This document shows, piece by piece, positions 38,776 through 48,370 of a DNA stretch of 64,000 nt (position 1 is its first letter; each line of letters opens with the position of its first letter). The stretch is taken from assembly GCA_030693325.1 (NCBI GenBank), contig JAUYAV010000019.1, positions 1,324 through 65,323 of the forward strand. The letters are read 5' to 3'. The DNA is from a bacterium (GTDB taxonomy: Bacteria; Patescibacteriota; Minisyncoccia; UBA6257; MFKM01). Made by a program: the position numbers and the translations under genes. The notes under the pieces were generated by a model. That model saw nothing but the letters and a program-made list of their open reading frames with translations. It had not been told where the DNA came from and did not search any database.

Positions 38776-39199
38776 CTAATTCCGAAATAAAAATCAACTC
38801 CTTTTAATAGGTGAAATATTTAGGTTAAGATCTGGCGTCTTTTTCTGTTTGGATTTAGTTTACTGGGAAATTACGATTTTTCCTTAAATAAACCCTATTT
38901 TAAAAACAACTTTAAAATCTGATAGAAAGCTTAGGTTTTATCCACTTACTGAGGAATGTAGATAAAACCTACGTTTTTAAAATGTTTCACATAAAAGTGT
39001 GAAACATTGGTTTTTTACAAATTTTCGCAGACAGGTCAGTAATGCGATGAAATCTACGCTTTTGGGATTTTGGGCAAAAAATGAAAAAGTGAGTGTTTGC
39101 GCAGAAACATTATTTTTTGGAAAAAGCTTCAAAAATACAAAAAAGCGATGTTTCTGCGCAAACATCGCTTTTTGAAAATCTTGGAAGAGATTTTTAATT

Positions 39200-39682
39200 T
39201 TAGGGAAACAAATGAATATTTTTATCAAAAATTCCCCATTTATAAAGCCGGTATAATGATTTATACCTATCAGAAACATCCGGGTCGCTTCCGATTTTCT
39301 CTAACCAATCAATAAATTGTATGGCCTTATATCCCTTTAATTTTTTATAGAAAAAGGGGATTATAATATCTTTCAACTGCTCAAAATCTCTTACTACCAA
39401 CGCCGCCATTCTTCCTCTTTTATAGCCATCGCCAGTCCATGCTTTATGATTATAAATTGGATTTTTTAAATCTAAAGAATCTCTCACCATTTTTAACAAA
39501 TTTTCGTCTCGCTCATGCATTCCTATATAAAAAGTAGGCATTTTACACTTTCTACCGTTCTTTTGGCGCCATCCAGTATGGAAACTAAAACAGCCTTCGC
39601 CAGTAACTAAGCCCCTGATATAATCATTGGTTAAAGTTTTTTTGTTCAGGATGGTTTGTTTGTTGACGAACACTTCGCTCAT
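39200..39682 (-). CDS. Single-motif LAGLIDADG homing endonuclease-like protein, free-standing
   Basis: YIRGLVTGEGCFSF, F.I.MHERD..LL, IIPFF...LKG.K..QF..W. Confidence 0.85.
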   Translation of the reverse strand: MSEVFVNKQTILNKKTLTNDYIRGLVTGEGCFSFHTGWRQKNGRKCKMPTFYIGMHERDENLLKMVRDSLDLKNPIYNHKAWTGDGYKRGRMAALVVRDFEQLKDIIIPFFYKKLKGYKAIQFIDWLEKIGSDPDVSDRYKSLYRLYKWGIFDKNIHLFP

Positions 39683-39728
39683 TTGATTTATTGTAGCACG
39701 GTGCTACACTATAATAAATAATAACACA

Positions 39729-40181
39729 ATGACTCAAAAAGCAGAATTAGGAAAATCAGGCGAAGATTTGGCCTGTGGGTATCTTGTGGATAAGGGTTAT
39801 AAGATTATTGAACGCAATTTCCGCAAACCCTGGGGAGAATTGGATATTATTGCCAAAAGCCCGGACAAAACCTTGGTTTTCGTGGAAGTTAAGACAATGA
39901 GGAAATTCGGCAATGAATTCGGCGACCAATCCGGCAATGATTTTGGAAGAGGGGCAAAATTGTCTTCCTACGGGAGGTCTGTTGTAGGGAGACCGGATTC
40001 AGGCATTGAGCCGGAAATGCAAATGACCCAGGCTAAAATAAAAAAAACAAAAAGAGCCGCTTCTTTATACGCCGGCGCCTTTCCGGAAAAAATAGACGAA
40101 AAGGCCGGCTGGAGGATTGATTTGCTTGCTTTGACAATCAACACAAAAGATTGTATAATAAATCATTATGAAAATATCTGA
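39729..40181 (+). CDS. yraN: YraN/UPF0102 family nuclease with in-frame insert
   Basis: G..GEDLA..YL..KGY.IIERN, GELDIIA, LVFVEVKT, RIDL. Confidence 0.88.
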   Translation: MTQKAELGKSGEDLACGYLVDKGYKIIERNFRKPWGELDIIAKSPDKTLVFVEVKTMRKFGNEFGDQSGNDFGRGAKLSSYGRSVVGRPDSGIEPEMQMTQAKIKKTKRAASLYAGAFPEKIDEKAGWRIDLLALTINTKDCIINHYENI

Positions 40182-40275
40182 AACGCGCAAGAAAGGCAGA
40201 CTAAAATTTTAATCTGCCTTTTTATATTCTCCTTCTATTTGATTTTAAAAATTATTGAAATATAATAAAATTAAT

Positions 40276-40350
40276 GGTGACCATGGTGTAATGGCAGCAC
40301 AAGGGTTTGTGGAGCCCTTCGAGGGAGTTCAATTCTCCTTGGTCACCCCA
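40276..40350 (+). tRNA. tRNA-His (GTG) with G-1 and encoded CCA
   Basis: GGTGACCA...AGGGT-TTGTGGA-GCCCT...GTTCAATT...TGGTCACC-CCA. Confidence 0.92.
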
Positions 40351-40355
40351 AAAAA

Positions 40356-40688
40356 ATGAAAATATATAAAAAAATAATTCTCGGTTTTATTGTTGTGATT
40401 ATCATTTTGGGCTTGGTGGCTTTTTATTCTCCCATTCAGAATGTTTCCCAACCGCAACCCGCGCCTGAACCCGAAGAAAATTCTTCAGCTTCGCTTGATG
40501 CGCTTCCCGCAAGTTCAACTACTCCGGATTCTAATTCTATCAATCAAGTATCAACTTCTTCAGCTTCCGAGAAATCAAATTTTGAAGATATGTCCGGCTT
40601 TTCTGATTTGGATCAGGAAAGTGATTCGCTGAAAGAAATGGGAACCAGTAGCGACACAAGTATTGTTGATGATTTTTTAACGAACTAA
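40356..40688 (+). CDS. Membrane-anchored Ser-rich acidic hypothetical protein
   Basis: N-terminal TM, low-complexity tail. Confidence 0.6.
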   Translation: MKIYKKIILGFIVVIIILGLVAFYSPIQNVSQPQPAPEPEENSSASLDALPASSTTPDSNSINQVSTSSASEKSNFEDMSGFSDLDQESDSLKEMGTSSDTSIVDDFLTN

Positions 40689-40692
40689 ACAA

Positions 40693-41661
40693 GTGAAGAA
40701 AAAAGAGAATAAAAAGATTGTGGTTATCGGCGGCGGAACGGGAATTTTTGCTATTCTCAATGGTCTAAAAAATTATTTTGATGATATCTCAGCTGTTGTC
40801 ACTATGGCTGATGACGGAGGCTCTACCGGAATTTTGCGCGAGGAATTCGGGATTTTGCCCCCGGGCGATGCCCGCCGGGCGATTATCGCTTTGTCGCATT
40901 CAGACAATAAAATTTTTTCCGAGCTTTTTAATTATCGGTTTAAAGAAGGCAAGGGGCTGGCCGGCCATAGCTTAGGCAACTTGATGATCACGGCCTTGGA
41001 GCGGATTACAGGAAGCTTTGACGAGGCCGTCAGAGAAGCCAGTAAGATTTTCGGCTTGAAAGGAAAGGTGATTCCGGTGACTCTCCAGCAAACCCGGCTT
41101 TACGCCGAGCTGGAAAATGGAAAAATCGTCAGCCGGGAAACTAATATTGATATTCCCCAGCATGACGGCCATTTGAAAATAAAAAAGGTTTGGTTGAAAC
41201 CGGCGGTTAAAATAAATCCTGAAGCCGAAAAAGAAATCAAAAACGCTGACTTGATTATTATCGGTCCCGGCGATCTTTATACCAGTTTAATCCCTAATCT
41301 TTTGGTGAAAGGATTAAAAAATTCTTTAAAAAATAGCAAGGCTAAAATTATTTATTTTGTTAATTTGATGACCAAATACGGGGAGACCGACGGCTTTCGG
41401 ACTTCGGATTTTTTGAAAGTTTTGGAAAATTATTTAGGGGAAGGGGTCTTGGATTATATAGTGGTCAATAATAAAAAACCCGCTCCGGCCAGATTGCGGC
41501 CTTACGCTTTGGAGAAAGCTTATTGGGTGGAAAATGATTTCAAAAAAATAAACCGAAAGCCGGTTTTAATAAAAGCTGATCTCTTGCGGCCGCGGGGTTT
41601 TGCCAGGCACGACCCCGAAAAAACCGCTGCGGTCGTGAAAAAACTTTTCGCTATGTTATAA
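40693..41661 (+). CDS. yvcK: YvcK/GlmR (UPF0052) family protein
   Basis: VVIGGGTG, ADDGGSTG.LR, PPGD.R, GHSLGNL, GPGDLYTSLIPNLL, RHDP. Confidence 0.92.
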   Translation: MKKKENKKIVVIGGGTGIFAILNGLKNYFDDISAVVTMADDGGSTGILREEFGILPPGDARRAIIALSHSDNKIFSELFNYRFKEGKGLAGHSLGNLMITALERITGSFDEAVREASKIFGLKGKVIPVTLQQTRLYAELENGKIVSRETNIDIPQHDGHLKIKKVWLKPAVKINPEAEKEIKNADLIIIGPGDLYTSLIPNLLVKGLKNSLKNSKAKIIYFVNLMTKYGETDGFRTSDFLKVLENYLGEGVLDYIVVNNKKPAPARLRPYALEKAYWVENDFKKINRKPVLIKADLLRPRGFARHDPEKTAAVVKKLFAML

Positions 41662-41668
41662 TATTGTT

Positions 41669-41922
<254 letters not shown>

Positions 41923-42059
41923 TAATAGAAATTTTCAATTTCTAATTTTCAATTTCTAATGAATTTTCAATGATTTAATTTTCAATGTTTAAAAATTAAA
42001 AATTTAGTCATTGATTAAAAATTTTAAATTTAAAATTGTTTTATTGTAGAAAAAGTAAT

Positions 42060-45000
42060 ATGAATAAATCTAATACAGGATATACTCTCATCGAACTATT
42101 AATCTACACCGTTATCTTTGCCATCTCCGTCGGCGTCTTCTCCGGCGTCCTCATTACTTTCACCAGAGTTCAGACCCAGACTTCGGCTGATTCCGAGCTC
42201 ACCCAGCAGTTGTCGTTCGTCCAGTCAACTATCCAGCGGCTCGTCCGGGACAGCGCCAATATCCAAAATCCGGCCGGAGTCGCTTCTTCCAGTTTGGTCT
42301 TAAGAATGGCTTCTTCCTCTTTAGACCCCACCGTTATCTCCTCCGACGCCAACGGCATCTATCTCCAACAGGGCACAGGAGAAGTCATTCCTATCACCAA
42401 CAGCCAGGTCAAGGTTGCCCAGTTTGAGGCCATCAAATACGAAAACCCTAATGCCCACGCCATTGTCCAAGTCAATATTGCCTTAACCTACAACAGTCAG
42501 AATCCCTACCAGCAGATAACGAGAGCCCTTAAGATCGCCATCGGCAGAGTGTCCGCCGCCACCTTTGACGATAGTTTGATTCCCAATACCAACAATTCTT
42601 TTTCCCTGGGTGATGCCACTTACAAATGGAAAGACATCAACATTTCCAATCTCCTCAACGTGGGCCAGTTGATCACCGACCCCGTGGCCGGAGCCCAGAA
42701 CGGGTCTATCTATTACAATACTTCCTCCAGCGCTTTCCGGGGTTATGCCAACAGCGTTTGGTCTGTTCTTGGAGGCGTGGGCTGGGCCGCTTCCTCCACC
42801 AATATCTACAACACCAATGCCGGGAACGTGGGGATCGGCACCGCCAGCCCGGGTGATACCTTGGATGTAAACGGCTCTATTGTGACAACCGGAATCCAAG
42901 ACACCGGGAAAACTACCAAGATGTGGCTGTCAGGCGCTATAGCAGCCAAAACTCTTGATTATATGGAATACTCCTCCGACGCCAATGCACAGGTGGCGTA
43001 TGTGAGTAATGCTACTATAGCTAATCCAATATCTCATTGGAAGATGAATGATAATGCTGCTACTACAGTTGTGGTAGATTCAATGAGTGCTAACGCAGGA
43101 ACTGCTGATGCTAATACAGATACATTAGATACAACAGGAAAAATAAATGGTGCACTTTTGTGCAGTGTTTCACCAGTAAGAGCAGTAGCGATTGGTTCTA
43201 CGGGTTTTCCTGCTGTCAATACAGCGAGGTCTGTTAGTCATTGGGTATATCTTACATCAAGAAATGCTATTGGTGGAACATTCAGTTTTGGATATGGAAC
43301 AGGAGATACTAATAAGGGGTGGGCTATAGACGCAGGCGGAACATCTTCCACTACTCCATTACGAGTTGCTGGCTATTCAAATGATTGGTCTACTAATTAT
43401 ACTTTACCTTTAAATGAATGGCACCTTATTACTGTAACTTATGATGGAACGAATCTATTAAAATTATATGTGGATGGCACATTACAAGATTCTACTACAA
43501 GTTATACATTTGCTACTGTTCTTTCTACGGCGTATATTGGAGGAAATTGGGATGGCAGTGCTGCATATAGATTTAATGGTTCAATAGATGATGTTCGTAT
43601 CTATAATTTTGTTTTAACTGCAACAGAAGTCTTAGGACTCTATAATAATAATGCTGGAACTGAATTACAAAATCCTCAAGGAAATCTCCAATCCTACTCC
43701 GAAGCCACAATCAAAACTCAAGGAAGTTATGCGTTGAAGGCGGTGGCAGCGATAACGACTTCACTCAACAAAACCCTCACCCGCACCGTATCGCCTACGA
43801 TAGATTTATCTAACCAAACTCAGATCAAGTTTGATATTCGTGCCTCAAGACCTGGAAGCAATATCAAGATAGGCATCCATGATAGCGGCGGAACGACCAC
43901 TGAAACAACGCCTAATATTGCTTCAGCAGACACATATCAAACTATTACTTGGGATATATCGACGGTAACCAATGCCAATAAAGATGCGATAGACCAGATT
44001 ATAGTTACTATCATTAATGCGGACGCTGCCAATACTTTCTATATAGACAATTTGTATTCGCCTTCTGTCGGGTCGCTTGCCGATATCATATTCACGACAG
44101 CCAGTTCGGAAAGAATGAGGATTGATTCCTCCGGCAACGTCGGCATCGGGACGACGGTGCCGGGGGCGAAATTGCAAATAAGTAATGCTGACCAAACTTA
44201 TGCTCTTACGCTTGAAGATGCGAGAACTGGAAATGGACATTGGGTTAGATTTACAGAAGGCGGAACTGAAAAATGGGTTTTGGGACAAGTCGGCAGTGGA
44301 GTTGCTGGACGAGCAGATAATTTTGAAATTGTAAGTGGAAACGGCACTACTCGGTTGGCGATTGCTTCAACAACTGGCAACGTCGGCATCGGGACGACGG
44401 GGCCGGGGAGCCTTTTACACGTCAAGCATCCAAGTGGGAATCTGACGACCAGATTTGAGGGTTTGTCTAATTCGTATTCTTCAAAAATGTATTTAAGTTC
44501 CGTTTCCTCTGGCGATGGCGGCATGATGTATGATGCGGCTAGTAATCTCAGCAATATATTTTCCTACGGTGACCTCAGATTTAATGTAGGTACAGCAAAT
44601 ATATCGGGAGCAATTGGAAACGAGAGAATGGTTATACAACAAGGCGGCAACGTCGGCATCGGGACGACGGGACCGGGGTCACGTTTTACTGTTTATCAGA
44701 ATGTTTCCGGCGCTACAACGGCAGGAATGGAACTGAGATATGATGGTACTATCCACAGAAAGATGTATATGAATTACTCCGGTGATATGTATTTCTATAA
44801 TGGCACTAATGAGGGTTATCTTTCCTCAGCGGGCGTTTGGACAAACGCTTCTGACATCTCCTTAAAATCCAACATTCGGCCAATTGAGTATGGTTTGGCC
44901 GATCTATTAAAACTTCAACCGCGTTCTTACGAAATGAACGCTGACGGATTGCCTCAAATTGGGTTCGTGGCTCAAGAGGTTGAAGGGATAATTCCGGAAC

Positions 45001-45326
45001 TTGTTTCTATAGGTGGGCAAGGGTTAAAGGGTCTTTCTTATGGCAACCTGACTGCAATCAATACTAAAGGTATCCAAGAGCTTTACCAAAAGGTGCGTGG
45101 AGTTGATACGGCAGAAAATGGGGATGTAGCAATAACCGGCAACGTCGGCATCGGGACGGCGGATCCGGGAAGTTATAAATTAAAAGTCGTTGGAACTGTA
45201 AGTGTAAATAGCGGCACTAATATTATTTACAGATGCACAACCGCGGGAACGCTTCCAATCGGAGCATTAACAATAAATTCAGGAAATTGTGGCGCGAGTG
45301 CTGATACGGGGTTAAGTGTGAATTAG
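42060..45326 (+). CDS. Large type IV pilin-like protein with N-methylation motif, LamG domain, GNVGIGT repeats and tail-fibre/peptidase S74 chaperone-like domain
   Basis: G|YTLIELLI prepilin site; HWKMND...WHLITVTYDG...LYVDG...FNGSIDDVRIYN (LamG); SDISLKSNI...IGFVAQEV...IPELV...LSYG (S74-like). Confidence 0.85.
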   Translation: MNKSNTGYTLIELLIYTVIFAISVGVFSGVLITFTRVQTQTSADSELTQQLSFVQSTIQRLVRDSANIQNPAGVASSSLVLRMASSSLDPTVISSDANGIYLQQGTGEVIPITNSQVKVAQFEAIKYENPNAHAIVQVNIALTYNSQNPYQQITRALKIAIGRVSAATFDDSLIPNTNNSFSLGDATYKWKDINISNLLNVGQLITDPVAGAQNGSIYYNTSSSAFRGYANSVWSVLGGVGWAASSTNIYNTNAGNVGIGTASPGDTLDVNGSIVTTGIQDTGKTTKMWLSGAIAAKTLDYMEYSSDANAQVAYVSNATIANPISHWKMNDNAATTVVVDSMSANAGTADANTDTLDTTGKINGALLCSVSPVRAVAIGSTGFPAVNTARSVSHWVYLTSRNAIGGTFSFGYGTGDTNKGWAIDAGGTSSTTPLRVAGYSNDWSTNYTLPLNEWHLITVTYDGTNLLKLYVDGTLQDSTTSYTFATVLSTAYIGGNWDGSAAYRFNGSIDDVRIYNFVLTATEVLGLYNNNAGTELQNPQGNLQSYSEATIKTQGSYALKAVAAITTSLNKTLTRTVSPTIDLSNQTQIKFDIRASRPGSNIKIGIHDSGGTTTETTPNIASADTYQTITWDISTVTNANKDAIDQIIVTIINADAANTFYIDNLYSPSVGSLADIIFTTASSERMRIDSSGNVGIGTTVPGAKLQISNADQTYALTLEDARTGNGHWVRFTEGGTEKWVLGQVGSGVAGRADNFEIVSGNGTTRLAIASTTGNVGIGTTGPGSLLHVKHPSGNLTTRFEGLSNSYSSKMYLSSVSSGDGGMMYDAASNLSNIFSYGDLRFNVGTANISGAIGNERMVIQQGGNVGIGTTGPGSRFTVYQNVSGATTAGMELRYDGTIHRKMYMNYSGDMYFYNGTNEGYLSSAGVWTNASDISLKSNIRPIEYGLADLLKLQPRSYEMNADGLPQIGFVAQEVEGIIPELVSIGGQGLKGLSYGNLTAINTKGIQELYQKVRGVDTAENGDVAITGNVGIGTADPGSYKLKVVGTVSVNSGTNIIYRCTTAGTLPIGALTINSGNCGASADTGLSVN

Positions 45327-45787
45327 GAGTCACGGGAAAAAACAATTCTTCTATCAAGGTTGAGCCTCAATAATTTAGAATTTATAGGTAGTCCTAAAAC
45401 TCATCGCAGTCTCCATCCGCAAACCTACCCCTCGAAGCCTTTCAACGGAGACAGCCTGCCGCCTATAATTTAATCTTGCTTTTTATCCCCCTCTCCCGTT
45501 CCCTTCAATTTCCTTATCTCCTCCCCGATCTCATCAAAAAATCCCTCATAGAATTTCTTGTCTTCTACGGTTATTTCCCCTTCTTTCAATCTCTCCGCGG
45601 CTTTCTTTTAATCTCTTGGTGTTTTCACCCCCGCCACCGGGTAATAAGTTCCTCACTGATATACTTAAGTATATCAGTGAGGAAGAATATCTTTTTATTT
45701 TATAATTATCTAAGAAGTACATTATCGAGGTCGAACCTTGATAATTCAAATTGACAAAAAGTTTTAACACGCTAAAATAATAATTAT

Positions 45788-46009
45788 ATGTCTAGACAAT
45801 TTACGGCAATATACAAAAAAAGCGGAAAATGGTATCTTGGCTGGATTGAAGAAATCCCGGGAGTGAATACACAAGGGAAAACCCTCAAAGAAACCAAAGA
45901 AAACCTCAAAGAGGCGGTTTTGTTGATTCTTGAAACCAACCGCGCTCTCGCGAAAAAAGAAGCTCGCGCCGGCGGAATAACTCGTGAATCAATTTCAGTT
46001 TCTTTATAG
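45788..46009 (+). CDS. hicB: HicB family antitoxin (short)
   Basis: WYLGWIEEIPGVNTQGKTLKE...NLKEAV; promoter TTGACA 45751/TAAAAT 45773. Confidence 0.88.
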   Translation: MSRQFTAIYKKSGKWYLGWIEEIPGVNTQGKTLKETKENLKEAVLLILETNRALAKKEARAGGITRESISVSL

Positions 46010-46019
46010 ATTATTTATA

Positions 46020-46217
46020 ATGAAGCGGAAAACCTTAATCAGTTATATTGTTAAAAACGGATGCATATTCATCAGAGAAGGCGCGAAACACAGCGTCTTT
46101 TTTAATCCCTTGATCAAACGTTCTTCTACCGTGCCGCGGCATAATGAAATTGATGATTTTTTAGCCAGAAAAATTTGCCGCGATTTAGGAGTTAGCGAGT
46201 TCAAAAAACAAAAATAG
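46020..46217 (+). CDS. hicA: HicA family toxin (start ATG 46020)
   Basis: GC.FIREGAKHS, TVPRH.EI...LARKIC.DLG. Confidence 0.9.
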   Translation: MKRKTLISYIVKNGCIFIREGAKHSVFFNPLIKRSSTVPRHNEIDDFLARKICRDLGVSEFKKQK

Positions 46218-46470
46218 ATTGTAATATATCAAGGTTGAACCTCAATAGTTTCTAGAAGCGATTCAAAATTGTCCCGATTTCATCGAGGTCCGATGACTCG
46301 CGACTCCTGTCGGAGACTCTCGACAAAGTCGGAGCAAATCCATCGTAATCTACGAAGCTGATATACTTAAGTATATCAGTACGAATTAATGCGAGATTTC
46401 AAAATCAACGGCTCAACGGGAATTCCCGTTGAGCCGTTGAAATATTTTATCAAGGTTGAACCTCAATAAT

Positions 46471-46557
46471 TTTTTGAGATTTTTATTATACTTTAGCCGG
46501 TGTTTGGGCTATTACTAAGGTCTGTTTTTTTATTTCTTCCAAAAGTTTTTTGTCTTC
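46471..46557. repeat. 87-bp duplicate of recA 3' end and downstream flank (original at 47303-47389)
   Basis: Identical apart from one short block (TATTACTA vs CGCGGTGA region). Confidence 0.9.
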
Positions 46558-46596
46558 AATTGACTTTCGATTTTTGGGTATGATAAAATAAGACAT

Positions 46597-46827
46597 ATGG
46601 TCACTATCACTATTCCTAAAAAAGAATATCAAAACATCATTCAGAGACAATCGCTTCTTGAAAAGGAAATGGGGTTTTTGAGAAAGACCCTTTTCGAGCT
46701 GGATGAGATAAATATTAAGCCGTCTGTCTTGCGCCGATGGGAGCGTATTAGCCGTGAGCTTGATCGGGGACACGGCCGTTCTTTTTCTTCGTTTAGTGAG
46801 ATGAAAGGATGGTTAAGAAATCTCTGA
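46597..46827 (+). CDS. Putative antitoxin
   Basis: MVTITIPKKEY, G..F...EM..WL C-terminus; 1 bp before a RelE-like gene. Confidence 0.7.
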   Translation: MVTITIPKKEYQNIIQRQSLLEKEMGFLRKTLFELDEINIKPSVLRRWERISRELDRGHGRSFSSFSEMKGWLRNL

Positions 46828-46828
46828 T

Positions 46829-47122
46829 ATGGCCGAGAATGTCTATAGAGATATTGTAAGAATTATATATTCCCGTGAGGTTGAAGACGCTCTCAAGAAA
46901 CTCAAAAAGAGAAATAAAGATATATTTGATAGAGTCGAAAAACAGATAATCAAAATTCTTCGCGAGCCGAATATCGGCAAGCCGCTCCGCTACACTTTAA
47001 GAAACCGCCGACGGGTGCATGTCGGCTCTTTTGTTTTAATCTACGAATTTCATCAGGGCGAGTTGCGCTTTATTGATTTTGATCACCATGATTTAATTTA
47101 TAAGAAGTCCAAGCAGCAATAA
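46829..47122 (+). CDS. RelE/ParE family toxin
   Basis: LKKL, P.IGKPL...L...RRVHVGSFVLIYE, DHHD..Y. Confidence 0.85.
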   Translation: MAENVYRDIVRIIYSREVEDALKKLKKRNKDIFDRVEKQIIKILREPNIGKPLRYTLRNRRRVHVGSFVLIYEFHQGELRFIDFDHHDLIYKKSKQQ

Positions 47123-47317
47123 TTAAATGAGAAAGCCCGAATTTGCAAGCAAGAAATCAATATCGTACACAGCATATTGGGAACATCCGCGAAAATTAGG
47201 CAAACGTGCGGCAAACAAAAGCGAACGGCAGGGCGCGAAACGGAAATTATGGGTTTCTCTTGAGGTTAAACCTTGATAATAGATAACATTAATAGATGTT
47301 TCTTTTTGAGATTTTTA

Positions 47318-48319
47318 TTATACTTTAGCCGGTGTTTGGGCCGCGGTGAGGGTCTGTTTTTTTATTTCTTCCAAAAGTTTTTTGTCTTCTTTTAATTTTA
47401 ATTTGGCGGCTTCAAGACCGACACCTAATTTTTCTTTATTGAAACTGTAAGTGTTGCCGGATTTGATGACACTGCCGTATTTAATAGCGGTATTCAAAAC
47501 ATCGGCTTCCGGGACGATTCCTTCGCCGAAAATAATTTCAAACTCGGCGATTTTAAAAGGCGCTGCCACTTTATTTTTGACTACCTTAGCATGCACCAGC
47601 TGGCCGATTATTTCTTCGCCTTTTTTCAGTTTGGCTTTGGCCCGGATATCAATTCTAATTGAAGAGAAAAATTTCAAAGCGCGGCCGCCGGGAGTCGTTT
47701 CGGGATTGCCGAACATAATTCCGATTTTCATCCGGATTTGGTTGATAAAAATAATGACGGTTTTTGATTTGGAAGTAATGGCAGTTAATTTTCGCAGGGC
47801 CTGGCCCATCATCCGGGCTTGCAAGCCCATAAATTGATCGCCCATTTCGCCTTCAATTTCCGCGCGGGGAGTAAGAGCCGCCACCGAGTCCACTACGATT
47901 AAGTCAATTATTCCTGACCTTACCAGACTTTCAACGATATTCAGGGCCTCTTCGCCGCTGTCCGGCTGAGAAAGTAAGAGGTCGTCGGTTTTTACCCCAA
48001 GTTTTCTTGCGTAATCAATATCAAAAGCGTGTTCGGCGTCAATATAAGCGGCTTTGCCGCCTTTTTTTTGAAGCTCGGCAATGGCATGAAGAGTTAAAGT
48101 GCTTTTGCCCGACATTTCCGGGCCGTAAATTTCCACCATCCGGCCGCAGGGCAGACCGCCTACTCCCAAAGCCAAATCCAGAGAAAAAGAGCCGGAAGGG
48201 ATGACCTCGGTTTTGCCGATTTTTTTATCTCCGAGCCGCATTATAGATCCTTCGCCGAATTTAGTTTTTAAACTTTCAATTAAATCGGAAAAATCTTTGT
48301 CTTTATTGGTTTTGTCCAT
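47318..48319 (-). CDS. recA: Recombinase RecA
   Basis: [67 protein letters not shown]. Confidence 0.97.
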   Translation of the reverse strand: MDKTNKDKDFSDLIESLKTKFGEGSIMRLGDKKIGKTEVIPSGSFSLDLALGVGGLPCGRMVEIYGPEMSGKSTLTLHAIAELQKKGGKAAYIDAEHAFDIDYARKLGVKTDDLLLSQPDSGEEALNIVESLVRSGIIDLIVVDSVAALTPRAEIEGEMGDQFMGLQARMMGQALRKLTAITSKSKTVIIFINQIRMKIGIMFGNPETTPGGRALKFFSSIRIDIRAKAKLKKGEEIIGQLVHAKVVKNKVAAPFKIAEFEIIFGEGIVPEADVLNTAIKYGSVIKSGNTYSFNKEKLGVGLEAAKLKLKEDKKLLEEIKKQTLTAAQTPAKV

Positions 48320-48370
48320 AATAGTGTTCGCGAATTACTGTAATTACTGTAATTGCTGTAATTGCTGTAA

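Larger units (their letters stand above)
45352..47278. repeat. Five copies of 21-bp imperfect palindrome TATCAAGGTTGAACCTCAATA (45352, 45723 rev, 46227, 46448, 47258 rev)
   Basis: Direct comparison of the copies. Confidence 0.85.

Noticed and set aside
46486-46773. 95-aa minus-strand ORF ending like RecA
   Set aside because: Its tail is the duplicated recA end and the rest is antisense to the antitoxin gene
47129-47259. Possible additional MITE with GAGAAAGCCC/GGGTTTCTC ends
   Set aside because: Short imperfect ends, single copy and no clear target duplication
45352-47278. Repeated 21-bp palindromes as a CRISPR array
   Set aside because: Spacing is irregular (about 220-810 bp), orientation is mixed and whole genes lie between copies
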